NCBI GenBank assembly: GCA_038736825.1
Contig: JAVYME010000043.1
Span: forward strand, 1-7,949
Length of the DNA stretch: 7,949 bases
Origin: Candidatus Iainarchaeum sp.
GTDB lineage: Archaea > Iainarchaeota > Iainarchaeia > Iainarchaeales > DTGL01
Direction: 5' to 3'
The number at the start of each line of letters is the position of its first letter. The stretch's first letter is position 1. Below are positions 6,683 through 7,949 of the stretch, piece by piece. The position numbers and the translations under genes are program-made. A model generated the notes under the pieces. That model did not search any database. It was not told the origin of the DNA and saw nothing but the letters and a program-made list of their open reading frames with translations.

Positions 6683-7949
6683 AAAAAGCCTTTTTTGCAA
6701 TAATCGCAATCATGTTGCTGGCATTCACAGGACAGGCATTTGCGTACGACAAGCTGGATGCACTTGTAGACCAAGGAAGGATAAAAATAAACATACTAAT
6801 TGATCCAACCCCTTGGGATCAAAAGGTTTCATATCAGTGGAACAATGTTGTGCTTCAAACACCAGCGCAAATAAACGTGAACGATCCTGCTGTTTCAGCC
6901 ACGGGTTCTTTTTCATTTTACAGGGCATCACATTCTGTTGCACGTAAAACCACGCCAGACCGCTCTGAACTTAACCCAAGGCACAATATTGGCTTAGAAT
7001 ATTATTCGCTCAAATATGAAATACAGCCAAATTTTGTTAGAGTTGAGCCAGTGCCAGGCAGAAGCCAAGACACCCAATTCATTTACAAATTCACTATATT
7101 AAAAGGGGTTGGCGCAAACCTTACCCAATGCCATTCAACTGGCGAATTCAAGCTTTTACTTCCAGACACTCCAACTGAAGAGGACGCTCCTGCTAGAGGA
7201 ACAGAAGACGAAATGTTGCCAGGCTCAAGGGGATATAAGTATGTGACAGTTGATGCCTTAAGCCAGTGCGGCATAAGATTCCAAGTTTACAGAACCCATT
7301 CTTGGTTTGGTGACCATGTTTGGTTTCTAAGGTTTGATTTTTCAAGAAATGAAATAATAAACTATTTTTTGCCACAACTCTTGCAAAACACCGCTGATGC
7401 CTCGCTAAAACAATCCATTACTGAAATAATCGGAGCACAATTACCACCAACTAAGACTTGCACTCCAAAAACTTGTGCTGAAATGGGTTGGGAGTGCGGT
7501 TCTGGTGTTGAGGACAGGTGCAATACAACAATTCAATGCCAAGCTTGCCCGAGTGGCAAGACTTGCAACAATTCAATCCATAAATGTGAGACATTCAGCC
7601 CACCCTGTGTTCCAAAAACCTGTTCAGAGCTTGGTTGGCAGTGTGGCACTGGTGATGATGGTTGCGGTGGAACCTTGAATTGCGGAGATTGCCCGACAGG
7701 CCAAAAATGCAATATTGGAACCCACAAATGTTGCACTCCAAAAACTTGTGCTGAAATGGGTTGGGAGTGCGGTTCCGGCATTGAGTCTGGATGCAATAAT
7801 ACAATTAATTGCGGTAATTGCACTGGTGGCAAAACATGTAATACTGAAACTCACAAATGCGTAAGCACTTGTGTTCCAAAAACCTGTTCAGAGCTTGGTT
7901 GGCAGTGTGGCACTGGTGATGATGGTTGCGGTGGAACCTTGAATTGCGG
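6679..7949 (+). CDS. secreted protein (module 2, large subunit) with a unique N-terminal domain and a C-terminal array of 8-Cys repeats; 3' end runs off the window
   Basis: Not in the supplied ORF track because it has no stop in the window. I translated frame 1 from 6679 by hand and found no stop through 7949 (423 full codons). Signal peptide MKKAFFAIIAIMLLAFTGQAFA|YDK. A ~235-aa N-terminal region is followed from residue ~261 by repeated modules CxPKTCxExGWxCGxG....C...(I/L)xCxxCxxGxxCxxxxHKC. Confidence 0.85.
   Translation, partial: MKKAFFAIIAIMLLAFTGQAFAYDKLDALVDQGRIKINILIDPTPWDQKVSYQWNNVVLQTPAQINVNDPAVSATGSFSFYRASHSVARKTTPDRSELNPRHNIGLEYYSLKYEIQPNFVRVEPVPGRSQDTQFIYKFTILKGVGANLTQCHSTGEFKLLLPDTPTEEDAPARGTEDEMLPGSRGYKYVTVDALSQCGIRFQVYRTHSWFGDHVWFLRFDFSRNEIINYFLPQLLQNTADASLKQSITEIIGAQLPPTKTCTPKTCAEMGWECGSGVEDRCNTTIQCQACPSGKTCNNSIHKCETFSPPCVPKTCSELGWQCGTGDDGCGGTLNCGDCPTGQKCNIGTHKCCTPKTCAEMGWECGSGIESGCNNTINCGNCTGGKTCNTETHKCVSTCVPKTCSELGWQCGTGDDGCGGTLNC
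7459..7949 (+). repeat. in-frame tandem coding repeat: alternating A/B types of an 8-cysteine ~42-49-aa module (A1 7459-7605, B1 7606-7731, A2 7732-7869, B2 7870->7949)
   Basis: 7606-7685 and 7870-7949 are identical over all 80 nt (offset 264 nt). 7458-7502 and 7731-7775 are identical over 45 nt (offset 273 nt) and then diverge. Each module has eight Cys at conserved spacing. Confidence 0.92.

Noticed and set aside
7475-7854. ORFs 7475..7678+, 7533..7832-, 7595..7804- and 7624..7854- in the repeat region
   Set aside because: These frames stay open only because the repetitive Cys/Gly/Thr codon composition lacks stops. The frame-1 reading is continuous with the upstream signal-peptide ORF and gives a regular 8-Cys periodicity.
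7459-7949. Possible CRISPR array or non-coding satellite, suggested by the periodic identical segments
   Set aside because: The repeat unit (264-273 nt, identical cores of 45-80 nt) is far too long for CRISPR. The intervening sequence is homologous rather than unique spacers. The whole region is in frame with a protein showing conserved cysteine spacing.

Overview
AT-rich prokaryotic window, probably from an archaeon (possibly a DPANN-like, uncultivated lineage). The lineage call is inference from an XPD-type Fe-S helicase, a BRE/TATA-like box, GGAGGTGAT-type ribosome-binding sites and CGDxxC...CPxDC surface-protein motifs. The left 3.1 kb is housekeeping: a 5'-truncated XPD/Rad3 helicase (+), a tiny Cys-motif surface protein (-) and a thioredoxin reductase (-). 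That reductase lacks the canonical NADPH-binding HRRxxxR motif. The right 4.6 kb (3314 to the window end) is the interesting part: a same-strand, tightly packed four-gene cluster made of two tandem paralogous two-gene modules. Each module has a ~190-aa N-terminally membrane-anchored helical protein with shared FFQAPSF, C..LP.Y and KE.C-end motifs. Its stop codon overlaps (ATGA) the start of a large signal-peptide-bearing secreted protein. I recognise no catalytic family in either large protein. The second large protein (6679 to >7949) is missing from the supplied ORF track because it has no stop in the window. Its C-terminal part is an array of 8-cysteine ~42-49-aa modules, including an 80-nt stretch repeated with 100% identity that runs off the window edge. 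No rRNA, tRNA, CRISPR array, transposase or integrase was seen.
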